Of a DNA stretch of 64,000 nucleotides, positions 17,888-27,941 are shown piece after piece (position 1 is the stretch's first letter; every line of letters starts with the position of its first letter). The stretch lies in contig JAVCCM010000059.1 in assembly GCA_030765455.1 (NCBI GenBank), forward strand, positions 6,667 to 70,666, in the 5' to 3' direction. The notes under the pieces were generated by a model. The model was not told where the DNA came from. It saw only the letters and a program-made list of their open reading frames with translations, and searched no databases. Origin of the DNA: Candidatus Electryonea clarkiae. Lineage in GTDB: Bacteria > Electryoneota > Electryoneia > Electryoneales > Electryoneaceae. A program made the translations under genes and the position numbers.

Positions 17888-20140
17888 ATGGCAAAACTAC
17901 TGTTTGCTATACTCGCATTAATGCTTTTATCCGGTTTATCGTTTGCGCAGGATAAACCTCCAGTTATTTTTCTTCCTGAAGAGCCACCCAGACCGGAACA
18001 TGATGCTTTCATTGATATGATGAATCAAGTGGGGATTGATGAGTCCAACCTGGGCTATCGTCCAAAAGGATATTGGACCCGTTATCCTGATCCTGCTGAC
18101 ATCCCTTACAAGATGTTAGCCTTTGACGATCTCTTCGCTGAGCCGCAGTATATTTATGATTTTGTACGCGCGATGGCATTATCAGTGGAGGATTATTTGC
18201 ACCCTGAATATCTTGCTGGAAATGATCGGGGAAACAGCAAAGGTTTGTTAAGGGTCGTATATAACTGTGGTGTACGTCATCAGGCAGCAGAATTTCGTGA
18301 TTACAGTGCATCACTCTGGGCTGAAGTTGACGAATCTGAGCCTCTTCTTTCGGCAATTCGATCAATCTATGAACAGACATGGAGGGTATATCGATACAAT
18401 GCTATTGAAGCAGCCTCTGATTTCCCACTGATTGAGGAAGATCTTCGTAAAGCAATAGAGCCGATTGATCCCAGGATTCAATCTGAAATTGCTGAAACTG
18501 TCCTTCATATGCTCGAGGCGTGGAAGTTTCGCGAAATCGGTATGCGTAATGTGGATTATAAAAAAGCCCTTGCCTGCTGGCGAATCCGTCACCTGGGAGA
18601 AACACAATTTGACGGTCTCGAATATTTTCCCCAGTTGGATGACTGTGCCCGTGATATTGATATGAACTCTATTTATTATGCCGGGTATAAACTATTAGCT
18701 TCATCTGAGTTACTGGCTGATACCCTGAAAATGTTACGAAGTTCACTGAAGATTGATTGGAAGAATCAGGAATTAAATGTAGAGACTCCAATAGGTAGGA
18801 TTGTTCTGGGCGGGAGCGGCAAAAATGAGCACCGTTATTCAGACGCCCTCCTGGTGGTCGATTTCGGGGGAAATGATACCTGGTACGGTGCTGTCGGCTC
18901 CACTCCATCACTGGATATCCCGGTATCGCTGGCAATCGATCTCGAGGGAAATGACCATTATATCAACGATGATGAATATCTGCCCAGTCAGGGCGCTGCC
19001 ATTTTCGGCGCTGCTGTGCTGCTTGATGTGGAAGGAGATGACGTTTATAAATCTAAACGGTTATCACAGGGAGCGTCAATGCTTGGAATCGGTGTTTTAG
19101 CGGACATGGCAGGAAATGATAAATACGAAATGTGGACATCCGGTCAGGGAGCATCATATTTCGGAGTCGGTGTCGCAATAGATAATACCGGTGATGACAA
19201 CTACAGGCTCTGGGGCGATGGTCAGGGTTACGGTGGTGTGGGAGGCGTTGGATCGTTAATCAATCGTACCGGGAATGATCACTACTGGGCTGCTCCTTTA
19301 AAAGATGAAGTCTATAGAATAGATAGATTTCATTCTGCAGATTCAGCCAATTATTCCTATGCTCAGGGTTGCGGTATAGGCCGGCGTGGTGATATCACCG
19401 ATGGGCATTCCTGGGCAGGAGGAATGGGAACATTAATCGATCTTGATGGAGACGATCTTTACGAATCACAGAACTGGTCTGCCGCCTGTGGATACTGGTA
19501 TGGAATGGGCTTTTTATATGACAGGGCTGGTGATGATATCTATAGAAGCGCCAATTGGAGCCAAGTCTGTGGAGCGCATTTCTGTATAGCCGCATTATTC
19601 GATGAGGATGGAGATGATCAACATATAATTACCGGTAAAGTATCTGACGGAATTGGTTTCGGACATGATTATACTGTTGGAATATTCCTTAATCGTGGCG
19701 GTAATGACCAGTATCGCGTTAGAAAAAGCGGTCTTGGTTTTGCTATAAATATGTCTCAAATTTTCTTTGTCGATACGGAGGGTGATGATCAATATATCAC
19801 TGGAGGCGATGGTAAGAATTATGGTATGAATAATTTTAATCAGAACAACCCGCCGGTTTTAGGCGCTCTCATGCATCTATACTCGGATCAGATATGTTTC
19901 TTCCTGGATCAAAGGGGAACTGATAAATACTTAATTGAGGATTTCGATACAGGAAAAATTACAGGAGATGACCAACGTCTTACTGAGGGTGGTGAATACA
20001 TAATACCAACCGAAACACAAAGAGATTCCCTGGCAAACAAGAGATATTATGGATTTGGAAGGGATTATAAAGATTGGATGGGACCGGAAATCGAATATTT
20101 TCGTGATAAGATGAAGAAAAAGAAAAATGAATTCCGTTGA
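17888..20140 (+). CDS. Exported protein with about 12 Gly-rich DxxGxDxY repeats
   Basis: Signal peptide; DLEGNDHY, DVEGDDVY, DMAGNDKY, DNTGDDNY and others, separated by xQG..G.G segments. Confidence 0.75.
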   Translation: MAKLLFAILALMLLSGLSFAQDKPPVIFLPEEPPRPEHDAFIDMMNQVGIDESNLGYRPKGYWTRYPDPADIPYKMLAFDDLFAEPQYIYDFVRAMALSVEDYLHPEYLAGNDRGNSKGLLRVVYNCGVRHQAAEFRDYSASLWAEVDESEPLLSAIRSIYEQTWRVYRYNAIEAASDFPLIEEDLRKAIEPIDPRIQSEIAETVLHMLEAWKFREIGMRNVDYKKALACWRIRHLGETQFDGLEYFPQLDDCARDIDMNSIYYAGYKLLASSELLADTLKMLRSSLKIDWKNQELNVETPIGRIVLGGSGKNEHRYSDALLVVDFGGNDTWYGAVGSTPSLDIPVSLAIDLEGNDHYINDDEYLPSQGAAIFGAAVLLDVEGDDVYKSKRLSQGASMLGIGVLADMAGNDKYEMWTSGQGASYFGVGVAIDNTGDDNYRLWGDGQGYGGVGGVGSLINRTGNDHYWAAPLKDEVYRIDRFHSADSANYSYAQGCGIGRRGDITDGHSWAGGMGTLIDLDGDDLYESQNWSAACGYWYGMGFLYDRAGDDIYRSANWSQVCGAHFCIAALFDEDGDDQHIITGKVSDGIGFGHDYTVGIFLNRGGNDQYRVRKSGLGFAINMSQIFFVDTEGDDQYITGGDGKNYGMNNFNQNNPPVLGALMHLYSDQICFFLDQRGTDKYLIEDFDTGKITGDDQRLTEGGEYIIPTETQRDSLANKRYYGFGRDYKDWMGPEIEYFRDKMKKKKNEFR

Positions 20141-20522
20141 TTTCTTGTAATTCCATCAAGTCGAACGAACAGGCTAATGAAGATGAAGTTATAATGTAAA
20201 TAACTCTGGATTCCATGCATAAACCTGTGTATTGAAATATCTAATATGATACAATCGATAAGTACAATCTAAAAGATCCTATAGATTCTTTTAGGTTTAT
20301 TTAAACTTAATGATTAAAGATATTTTAACTTTTGCCGAAAGTTAAGATAAGGTGTATTGTGTTACGCATAGATATGAAATAAGTTTTCATATCCTGTAAA
20401 TACCTGATCTAAACTATTTAGAGAATACAGGTTAAGCTTGATTTGTTTATTTGAGTCTATATGCGCCTGTTCACAGGCAAAGTTGTATAATCTGAAAATA
20501 CTTACAAAGTTAAAGTGATAAT

Positions 20523-21563
20523 ATGAGATTCCTGTCACGAATAGTAACTATAGCTTTCATATTGAGTGTATCAGAAATATCTGCGCAAGAGCCGGAATTT
20601 CCTCTTGAGGATTTTGTCGGTGAAGGCGTTCAGAATATCATTCACGGTACAGAATTGGTGATCGAGGACCCCATTTTTGCTTCCTGGAGAATCCCCTTTG
20701 CAGATGAAATAATTAATTTTCAGAAAAAAACCAATAAGCCCGTTTATTATTCAAATATTTCTGCTGTATGGTTCAATACTCGCAATACCAAGGCTTTATT
20801 AATTCCAATGGGAATAAAATATCAGGATTTTTCATTCCAACTGACCATACCATACGTTTTTAACCGCAGGATCAAATACTCGAACTATCATGCAAATGCG
20901 AGAGGCATCGGAGATATAGGCTTGTCCATAAATCGATCATTTGTTTCATCCGATAAAGTATTCACAGCCACCGGTCTGATAAAAATCCCCACTGGAAACA
21001 CTGACGTGATCGATCAATATAATGGAACCGGCTACCCTGTTCCTCTGGGGAATGGCAGTTTAGATTTTGGATTCGGCATCGGCGCGGAAATACCCGTAAA
21101 TATTCCAAAGATGGGGAGGCTATTTCTCTCAAACAAAATTCATTACCTGTTCCGATCACCCAAAATCTGGAGTGTGCAAAACAACGGCTTTAATACTGAG
21201 ATAGAAGCTCGCAACGGTAATACTTTATGGTATAATATTGCTGCCATGAAGCGAATTTCTAAAAGAATTCAATTTTATATCGCAGCCAATTTCCTCGTAA
21301 ACAATGGAGGAAATTCATCATGGAACATTGAGCAGGAGGATGGATCGGCTACAAATGGTAGTGATGCATCCAACTTCCAGGAAATGAAATTGTTGGATAT
21401 CAGCCCCAAAATCGTATATCTAAATAATAAATATCACTTGAGTCTGCTCCTTGATCTACCGGTTTTGACTCAGCGTCATGAGAATAACACTGAACCAGAT
21501 CGCTATCCGATTCTTCGATTTGGAGTTACTATACCTGTTCATTTATCCAAAGTGAAGCCATGA
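20523..21563 (+). CDS. Putative outer-membrane beta-barrel (transporter/MetA-pathway-like)
   Basis: Signal peptide; LTIPYV..GIGDIGL..IKIPTG..PLGNGSLDF pattern. Confidence 0.55.
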   Translation: MRFLSRIVTIAFILSVSEISAQEPEFPLEDFVGEGVQNIIHGTELVIEDPIFASWRIPFADEIINFQKKTNKPVYYSNISAVWFNTRNTKALLIPMGIKYQDFSFQLTIPYVFNRRIKYSNYHANARGIGDIGLSINRSFVSSDKVFTATGLIKIPTGNTDVIDQYNGTGYPVPLGNGSLDFGFGIGAEIPVNIPKMGRLFLSNKIHYLFRSPKIWSVQNNGFNTEIEARNGNTLWYNIAAMKRISKRIQFYIAANFLVNNGGNSSWNIEQEDGSATNGSDASNFQEMKLLDISPKIVYLNNKYHLSLLLDLPVLTQRHENNTEPDRYPILRFGVTIPVHLSKVKP

Positions 21564-23413
21564 ATATTTTTAAATCCACAATATTCTATATATCATTATC
21601 AGTGTCGTTGTTTGTCATTTCATGCATGAACTCCACCCCTACTAAAGTTGATTTTATCAGTGAAGATATAGAGGAAAATGAATTCACACTGGGATTCTCC
21701 GGCGAATCAATCACTATGGTTCACATTAATGCTGGAAGCTATCGCATGGGTTCAAATAGAGATGAAACAGGTGCGGATATTGACGAATATCCCCGTCACC
21801 CGGTAGTGATTACCCATGATTTCTGGATCGGGAAATATGAAGTCACCCAGGCTCAATGGCTGGCGGTGATGAATTACAATCCATCTTTTTCAAGTCCCAG
21901 TCCGGACAGACCTGTGGATAACGTTTCCTGGCGGGAGATTGTAGAATCCTTCCTTGCGAATATTAATGAATCTGAAGAATCCGGATCAACCTGGAGACTT
22001 CCAACTGAAGCTGAATGGGAATACGCTTGCAGAGCTGGAACGACCACTCCATTTTCCTGTTTGGACGGTGCGGAGAAATTCTACATTTACAATCGAGACA
22101 CTGACGATTCAACAAGAATAACGGGATCGCTGCTACCCAGCCCCTGGGGATTGTATGACATGCATGGCAATGTCTGGGAATGGTGTCGGGATTCTTACCG
22201 TGATTCCTATGAACACGCTCCCGGAGATGGAAGATCGTGGGGCGATTCACTTGGTAGAGGTCGTGTTATCCGTGGAGGAAGCTATAATCTTCCCCTTTTG
22301 GATTGCCGTTCAGCAAACCGCGAATGGAAAAGTCCAACAGACTCGGACAAATTCACCGGCTTTCGACTTGTAATATCTGAGATTAATGACAACGTATCTC
22401 CCCTGCCTGCAACCCTGGCAGAGCCTGGGATTGGAACTGAGAATATTCCGGTCGTGACTGATTTAGCCTGGAGTTGTCTCGATCCGAACGGAGATCCCCT
22501 GAATTATAGTATCTACCTTGGTCTCCAGAATAATCCTCCCTTGATAGCATCAAATATTTCTGATACCACATTTTCCGTCAAGATGCTCCAACTTGGCGAA
22601 ATCTACTACTGGAAAATAGAGGCTGATGATGCAAATGGTGGATTCTCGACAAGCAATATAAGTCATTTCAGAACGCATGAACCTGATGCGAGAGAGTTCC
22701 AACTTGGAAATTCCGGCGAGTCCATCTCTATGATACATATCGAACCTGGAGTATTCCGGATGGGTTCTGGATACGAAGAACCTGATTTTGAAACGGATGA
22801 ACAGCCACCACATGAAGTTACAATAAACAATGGCTTCTGGATTGGTAAATATGAAATTACACAAGATCAATGGGAAGCTGTTGCTGGAAACAACCCATCA
22901 GGATTTTCCGGCTATTACGATTTACCGGTCGAAAATGTCAGTTGGGAAGCAATTAATGATACGTTTTTTACTGCTGTGAATTCTCTGGACTCCAGCTTCA
23001 TCTGGCGTCTGCCAACGGAAGCAGAATGGGAATATGTTTGTAGGGCAGGCACCTCAACTAGATATTTCTGGGGTGAAGATCTTGATCAAAATGAATTGGG
23101 AAATTATGCCTGGTTCCTGGACAAAGGAATGAATAGAACCCATTCAGTTGGTGGTAAAAAACCAAATCCCTGGGGATTGTATGATATTCTCGGCAATGTA
23201 GATGAATGGTGCGAAGATTGGTATCATCTGAATTATTATGGTGCACCGGAAGATGGCAGCAGTTGGCTTACTCCGGCAGGAGTTCGCCGTGTGTGCCGCG
23301 GAGGCAGTTGGCAAAGTATGTATCTTGAATGCCGATCAGCGAGAAAATCCAGGGAGCTTCCGGTTAATCATAATAGCGGTATCGGATTCAGGATAATCAG
23401 AATCGATAGATAA
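21560..23413 (+). CDS. Lipoprotein with two FGE-sulfatase (SUMF1-like, C-type lectin fold) domains and an FN3-like linker
   Basis: Lipobox-like VISC; two copies of GxYEVTQ..RLPTEAEWEY.CRAG..WGLYDM/ILGNV.EWC..RGGS..GFR. Confidence 0.85.
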   Translation: MNIFKSTIFYISLSVSLFVISCMNSTPTKVDFISEDIEENEFTLGFSGESITMVHINAGSYRMGSNRDETGADIDEYPRHPVVITHDFWIGKYEVTQAQWLAVMNYNPSFSSPSPDRPVDNVSWREIVESFLANINESEESGSTWRLPTEAEWEYACRAGTTTPFSCLDGAEKFYIYNRDTDDSTRITGSLLPSPWGLYDMHGNVWEWCRDSYRDSYEHAPGDGRSWGDSLGRGRVIRGGSYNLPLLDCRSANREWKSPTDSDKFTGFRLVISEINDNVSPLPATLAEPGIGTENIPVVTDLAWSCLDPNGDPLNYSIYLGLQNNPPLIASNISDTTFSVKMLQLGEIYYWKIEADDANGGFSTSNISHFRTHEPDAREFQLGNSGESISMIHIEPGVFRMGSGYEEPDFETDEQPPHEVTINNGFWIGKYEITQDQWEAVAGNNPSGFSGYYDLPVENVSWEAINDTFFTAVNSLDSSFIWRLPTEAEWEYVCRAGTSTRYFWGEDLDQNELGNYAWFLDKGMNRTHSVGGKKPNPWGLYDILGNVDEWCEDWYHLNYYGAPEDGSSWLTPAGVRRVCRGGSWQSMYLECRSARKSRELPVNHNSGIGFRIIRIDR

Positions 23414-23456
23414 TATTCAATACTTTCCAATTAATTTTTAATAACTGTTTAGTATG

Positions 23457-23568
23457 TGTCATTCCCGCAAGCAGGCTGTCCGACAAAGTCATTCTCGGAC
23501 TTGATCCGGGAATCCACGATATCGTAATCTGTTGTAATGCCTGGATTCCCGCCTTCGAGGGAATGACA
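23457..23568. repeat. Composite/chimeric palindromic element
   Basis: Truncated arm TGTCATTCCCGCAAGCAGGC, an arm of the 319 subtype at 23488-23516, and a closing arm of the 10449/17701 subtype at 23542-23568. Confidence 0.75.
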
Positions 23569-23691
23569 ACCCTTTAAATCAGATGAATTAATGCAGTAGT
23601 ACGTATAGATGTTCTTCCAAAATTGTAGTTATCTGGCAAATCCACACATTAAATTGTATCTTCTTATCAAAGTTTTGAATTGAGGAAAATC

Positions 23692-24111
23692 ATGAAAAGT
23701 TACCGTAAAGAACTATGGTTTCAAGTCCCCACAAGGCGTGAGTTTGTACATATAACTCCACAGGTTGAAGAGTGTATTCGTGAATCAGGCATAACCAACG
23801 GTTTGGTCCTGGTAAATGCGATGCATATTACCGCTTCTGTATTTATTAATGACAATGAATATGGTTTGCATCATGATTACGAGAAATGGCTCGAGACTTT
23901 GGCTCCACATGCTCCTATTCAACAATACCGTCACAACGATACCGGGGAAGATAATGCTGACGCACACCTGAAACGTCAGATCATGGGTAGAGAAGTTGTC
24001 GTTGCCATCACAGATGGTCACCTTGATTTCGGTACCTGGGAACGGATTTTTTATGGTGAATTCGATGGAAGACGCAGAAAACGAGTTTTAGTTAAAATTA
24101 TTGGTGAATAG
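23692..24111 (+). CDS. yjbQ: YjbQ/UPF0047 family protein
   Basis: [35 protein letters not shown]; GAGG RBS before ATG 23692. Confidence 0.9.
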   Translation: MKSYRKELWFQVPTRREFVHITPQVEECIRESGITNGLVLVNAMHITASVFINDNEYGLHHDYEKWLETLAPHAPIQQYRHNDTGEDNADAHLKRQIMGREVVVAITDGHLDFGTWERIFYGEFDGRRRKRVLVKIIGE

Positions 24112-24395
24112 AGCTTTGTTGAGCGTCTTCTCATGAGAAACCTGAATGAATAACGGCTTATAATTATTATTAACACGATGATACAATAACAATAATCCTT
24201 TTAGAATAACGAAGAAAACGCATTTCAGGAATGCGTAAATTTGGTTTGAATACAGATTAATTATAGAAATATTCTAATATAGCTTTCTGTCACATAACAG
24301 TTATTAAACCATATTTACGATAGATTATTCGTACCGGTAGTACTTATATTTATATTTTTGTGTGAGCTTACGCAATCCCGGAGGAAGTAAAACTT

Positions 24396-26051
24396 TTGAG
24401 CGAAAAACCAATAAAAGTTCTAATTGTAGATGATGAAAAATCCATTACTCAGAATATGAGTAAATATTTCACTGAAGTATATATCGGCGAGTTTGACGTA
24501 ATCGCAACGAATGACTCTCTCCAGGTAATTCCTATGCTGGAGGAAAATCAAGATACCCAGGTAATAATCAGCGATTATCAAATGCCTAATCTAAATGGGT
24601 TCGAACTTCTTCTAAAAATAAAGAAAAAATTCCCGACAATATTTTTTATTATGATGACCGGATTTGGGACTGCTGAGTTAAGGGATAATGCGAGACAGAG
24701 CGGAGCGGTTCAATACGTAGAGAAACCTTTCAATATCCCGGATATTGCAGGAATGATAAGGGAACTTGTTGACTCACAAAGTGCTGGTTTTACAGGCTTT
24801 ATTGATGAGCTGGAATTTGTGGAAATTGTGCAATTCCTCAGTATTTCAAGTTCTGATATGCAGCTCGAAATTGAAACTAAAGATAATAAGGGGACATTGG
24901 ATTTTCGTGGGGGTGAACTGGTCCATGCTGAGACTTCAGATAAACAAGGAGCTGAAGCCTTTTATGATATCTTTTTATGGAAAGGTGGTCAGTTTAATCC
25001 GAATAAGCTACCTGCAGATTTAGAGCAAACAATATTTGAACCCGTAGAAGGTCTTCTCCTCGAAGCTGCCAGGCTCGAAGATGAAAAAAGTGTAATGCTG
25101 GAAACCGAAGAAAAGATTGACGATGTTGAGGAATTACCGGCTGACGAAGCCATGAGTGCCGAATTAGTTGAAAAACCTGATTTGGAAGTTAAACCTGAAA
25201 TTTCCTCAGATACGCCAGCAACTTCCACATCTGCAGCTCCTGTTAAAAGAAAAAAGAAGGATGGCTCAGATCAGAAAATTATCAGTATAGAAAATGTAAC
25301 TGAAATTGTCTCACCAATCGTTGACAGTTTTATGCAATATTTCCCGAAAAATAAGGACAAAATCACATATAACAAATTACCATTGCAGAAATTACCATCT
25401 ATAGTGCAGCATTTTGTTGTCTTCCGGTTGAATCAAATCAGCAGATCATCAATCAGGTTTGAGAATACTCCCTTTGATTCCTCTAATATACGTGTCAGCG
25501 AAGCAGCGTTAAATCTCGTCAATATCCTAATGGAAACATGGAAGATTACTCCTGATTATTTCCGCTCAATTCTGGAAGAAGCAGTTGAATTCCATTTGTT
25601 CCGTTCCATTGACCCTACTAATACCATAACAGATTTTCTCTTTGGATTGACTGAAGGAGATTGTTGGCAAATTGAGGAGAATATCAACTCCATAGTTACA
25701 GAAAAAGTGATTGAGGACTTCTTCAGGTTAGGGGAGATAGAATTTGATTGTCAAAACGAAGCCAAAGTGACGCTTAAAGAACTTGAGAAGAAAATATCCA
25801 AAAAGATTGAAAAGGCAGATGACGACAATAAGTTTGATTCGTTCTATCAATCGGTTGAATGGCTTTTGTATTTTGCTTCATTTGTACCTAATAGTCAAAT
25901 ATTTTCAATCGAGATGGAATTGATTTCAATAATGTCAAAAAACCGTGAATTAAAGGGATTTACAGCTTATCTGAAGAAACAAAAATACCCTCCTGAGCAT
26001 CCCGTCACTCTCGATGAATTCTACGAATACCTGGAAGATTTCAGATCCTGA
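24396..26051 (+). CDS. Response regulator with a DUF4388-like domain and an unknown C-terminal region
   Basis: VLIVDDE..ISDYQMPNLNG..MMTGF..EKPF receiver; GFTGFI..EIVQFL..G.L.FRGGELVHA..W..GQF domain; TTG start with GGAGG. Confidence 0.8.
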   Translation: MSEKPIKVLIVDDEKSITQNMSKYFTEVYIGEFDVIATNDSLQVIPMLEENQDTQVIISDYQMPNLNGFELLLKIKKKFPTIFFIMMTGFGTAELRDNARQSGAVQYVEKPFNIPDIAGMIRELVDSQSAGFTGFIDELEFVEIVQFLSISSSDMQLEIETKDNKGTLDFRGGELVHAETSDKQGAEAFYDIFLWKGGQFNPNKLPADLEQTIFEPVEGLLLEAARLEDEKSVMLETEEKIDDVEELPADEAMSAELVEKPDLEVKPEISSDTPATSTSAAPVKRKKKDGSDQKIISIENVTEIVSPIVDSFMQYFPKNKDKITYNKLPLQKLPSIVQHFVVFRLNQISRSSIRFENTPFDSSNIRVSEAALNLVNILMETWKITPDYFRSILEEAVEFHLFRSIDPTNTITDFLFGLTEGDCWQIEENINSIVTEKVIEDFFRLGEIEFDCQNEAKVTLKELEKKISKKIEKADDDNKFDSFYQSVEWLLYFASFVPNSQIFSIEMELISIMSKNRELKGFTAYLKKQKYPPEHPVTLDEFYEYLEDFRS

Positions 26052-26111
26052 ATTTGATCTATATGTCATACTAAAGTTTGATCAGTTTATTGATTATAAT
26101 CAAACCAATAC

Positions 26112-26885
26112 TCACTCTCTACTTCGTAAATCACCTGATCCTGTAATTTTCTGTGTAACTTTTGGTGATTCGTAATAATCAACATCTCCGCTGCCAGAGA
26201 TTTTGACATCTAAATCTTCTATTGCCTGTACAATAGAATCTCCTGATCCTGATATTTTAACCAAGGTTTTATTTGTTTCAAGTTTTGCGGACTGGTAATC
26301 ACCCGATCCACTAATAGCAATCCTCTGAATTCCCGCTTTACCTCCTACCTCTATTTCTCCCGAGCCGCTTATATTTCCTTCAAGTTCATCCACCGTGATG
26401 TTTTCTATAGTCACGTCACCTGATCCCCGGATGTTGAGAAAGATGAAAGTTGCAGATGCAGTTTCAATGTCCACATCGCCAGATCCATTAATGTTCAACT
26501 CAAGGTTTTCGGTTTTGATATCAGATGATTGAATATCTCCAGATCCGGATAAGTTTATTTCATTGATTTCTTTTATAGTTAAGATAAACTTAATCCTGGA
26601 TTCCTTACCAAATTTATCCCATAACGTCCAATCCTTTGATTTGATTATTAAGGTCCTGCTTTCAATCTTTGTTTCTATATTCTCGATCACATCCTTATCA
26701 CCCTCAATAATCAATGATTCAGTATCTCCCTGAATCAGGATCAGCAAACCCGGTGTGTTAAAATCCAGTCTGTTTATGTCACTTATTTCACGCTCTTCTT
26801 TAATAATAGTATTGGCAGCTACGGTTGATAGTATGGTAAATACAAGAATTACAACAATTGATACTTTTCTAATTTCCCTGTTCAT
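26112..26885 (-). CDS. DUF2807 (head GIN domain) protein
   Basis: Signal peptide; repeated (I/L)SGSGD units. Confidence 0.85.
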   Translation of the reverse strand: MNREIRKVSIVVILVFTILSTVAANTIIKEEREISDINRLDFNTPGLLILIQGDTESLIIEGDKDVIENIETKIESRTLIIKSKDWTLWDKFGKESRIKFILTIKEINEINLSGSGDIQSSDIKTENLELNINGSGDVDIETASATFIFLNIRGSGDVTIENITVDELEGNISGSGEIEVGGKAGIQRIAISGSGDYQSAKLETNKTLVKISGSGDSIVQAIEDLDVKISGSGDVDYYESPKVTQKITGSGDLRSRE

Positions 26886-27113
26886 GGCAGCTTTCTCCTT
26901 TCAAACATCCTGGTCTTTTCTCACTAAGAATATAAAACGGTTCATAGTATAATCTAATCGTCTCATTAATTGGACGATCCAACCAATAAACAGGTTACAA
27001 GCGAGACTACTAATTTCATTATTTATTGAATGTTTTTTTAAAATTCATGTCACTTCGGGTGAAAAACTATTGGTTCTTGCATTTCCCTAAGATTAATAGT
27101 TCTTCTCGTCCTA

Positions 27114-27785
27114 TTAGGATGATATAATGGGGATATATCTTCGTGTCTTGATCCAATGTAGCCATACTTCAGGCGCATTGCTGCCAAACGGAGTTTTACC
27201 CTCGGTGAGATCTCGAATCCAGTCTCGTGAAATATTTGGAATATTTAGAATTGTAAAAGTGGATTTATATATCTGAAACTTCCTGCCATTGATAGTCTTC
27301 AATATATTTATGAAATCTTGTCTATCATTAAGGTTGCTTGCACCAGGGACCGCCAAACCGCAGAATTTTGTGTCGAGTCCCTCATTCATTTCCGAAAATA
27401 TGAAAACCGGTGGGATAAGGTGTCGTTGACCGGTATGAAATGCTTTAAAAATGTTTGTGAGAAAAATATTTACTTTCTGACTGCTGTTTGTAATACTTAA
27501 TCCAGCTCGCCTGTTATCACCATAAAATGTTAATTGCCCAAGTTTTTTATCAATACTGTCGGACCAGTAGGGATCTGACAGGTTCAGTGTCAGAACACTC
27601 AAATCAATATCATTGGCTTCAATATTTCCTCGGCAACGCAATCCTCCCTTCTGCCCGCATCGTAAAATCCGGTTAATTGGATCATCGCCTGGGAGACCGG
27701 AATCGCCTGCCTCATATACTGTGTCAACCACAAGGCCACATTGATCCAATTGAGAGTATTTAATTGTTCTCTTTACCTGGGACAC
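27114..27785 (-). CDS. Stand-alone AspBHI-type N-terminal SRA-like domain, no nuclease domain
   Basis: LVVDTVYE, DDP, GG.R, FYGDNR, IPPVFIF, F.GLAVPG, FTIL..W pattern recalled from AspBHI-like enzymes; ends TAA TAG after 223 aa. Confidence 0.6.
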   Translation of the reverse strand: MSQVKRTIKYSQLDQCGLVVDTVYEAGDSGLPGDDPINRILRCGQKGGLRCRGNIEANDIDLSVLTLNLSDPYWSDSIDKKLGQLTFYGDNRRAGLSITNSSQKVNIFLTNIFKAFHTGQRHLIPPVFIFSEMNEGLDTKFCGLAVPGASNLNDRQDFINILKTINGRKFQIYKSTFTILNIPNISRDWIRDLTEGKTPFGSNAPEVWLHWIKTRRYIPIISS

Positions 27786-27851
27786 TAATTACCCTTGCAA
27801 ATGTGGTATTTCATCAAACAAAATAATAAATATACGCAGTATATTGTTTGT

Positions 27852-27941
27852 TGTCATTCTGAACGAAGTGAAGAATCTCAATTGTTGAATTACAATTTGC
27901 TCAGGTAAAAAACCGGGATTCTTCACTGCGATCAGAATGAC
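27852..27941. repeat. Doublet palindromic element (TCATTCTGAAC..GTGAAGAATC subtype)
   Basis: TGTCATTCTGAACGAAGTGAAGAATCTC at 27852-27879 and GGGATTCTTCACTGCGATCAGAATGAC at 27915-27941. Confidence 0.8.

Noticed and set aside
21560-23413. Complete diversity-generating retroelement
   Set aside because: CLec-fold domains are present, but I found no reverse transcriptase, Avd or AAC-rich template repeat in the window.
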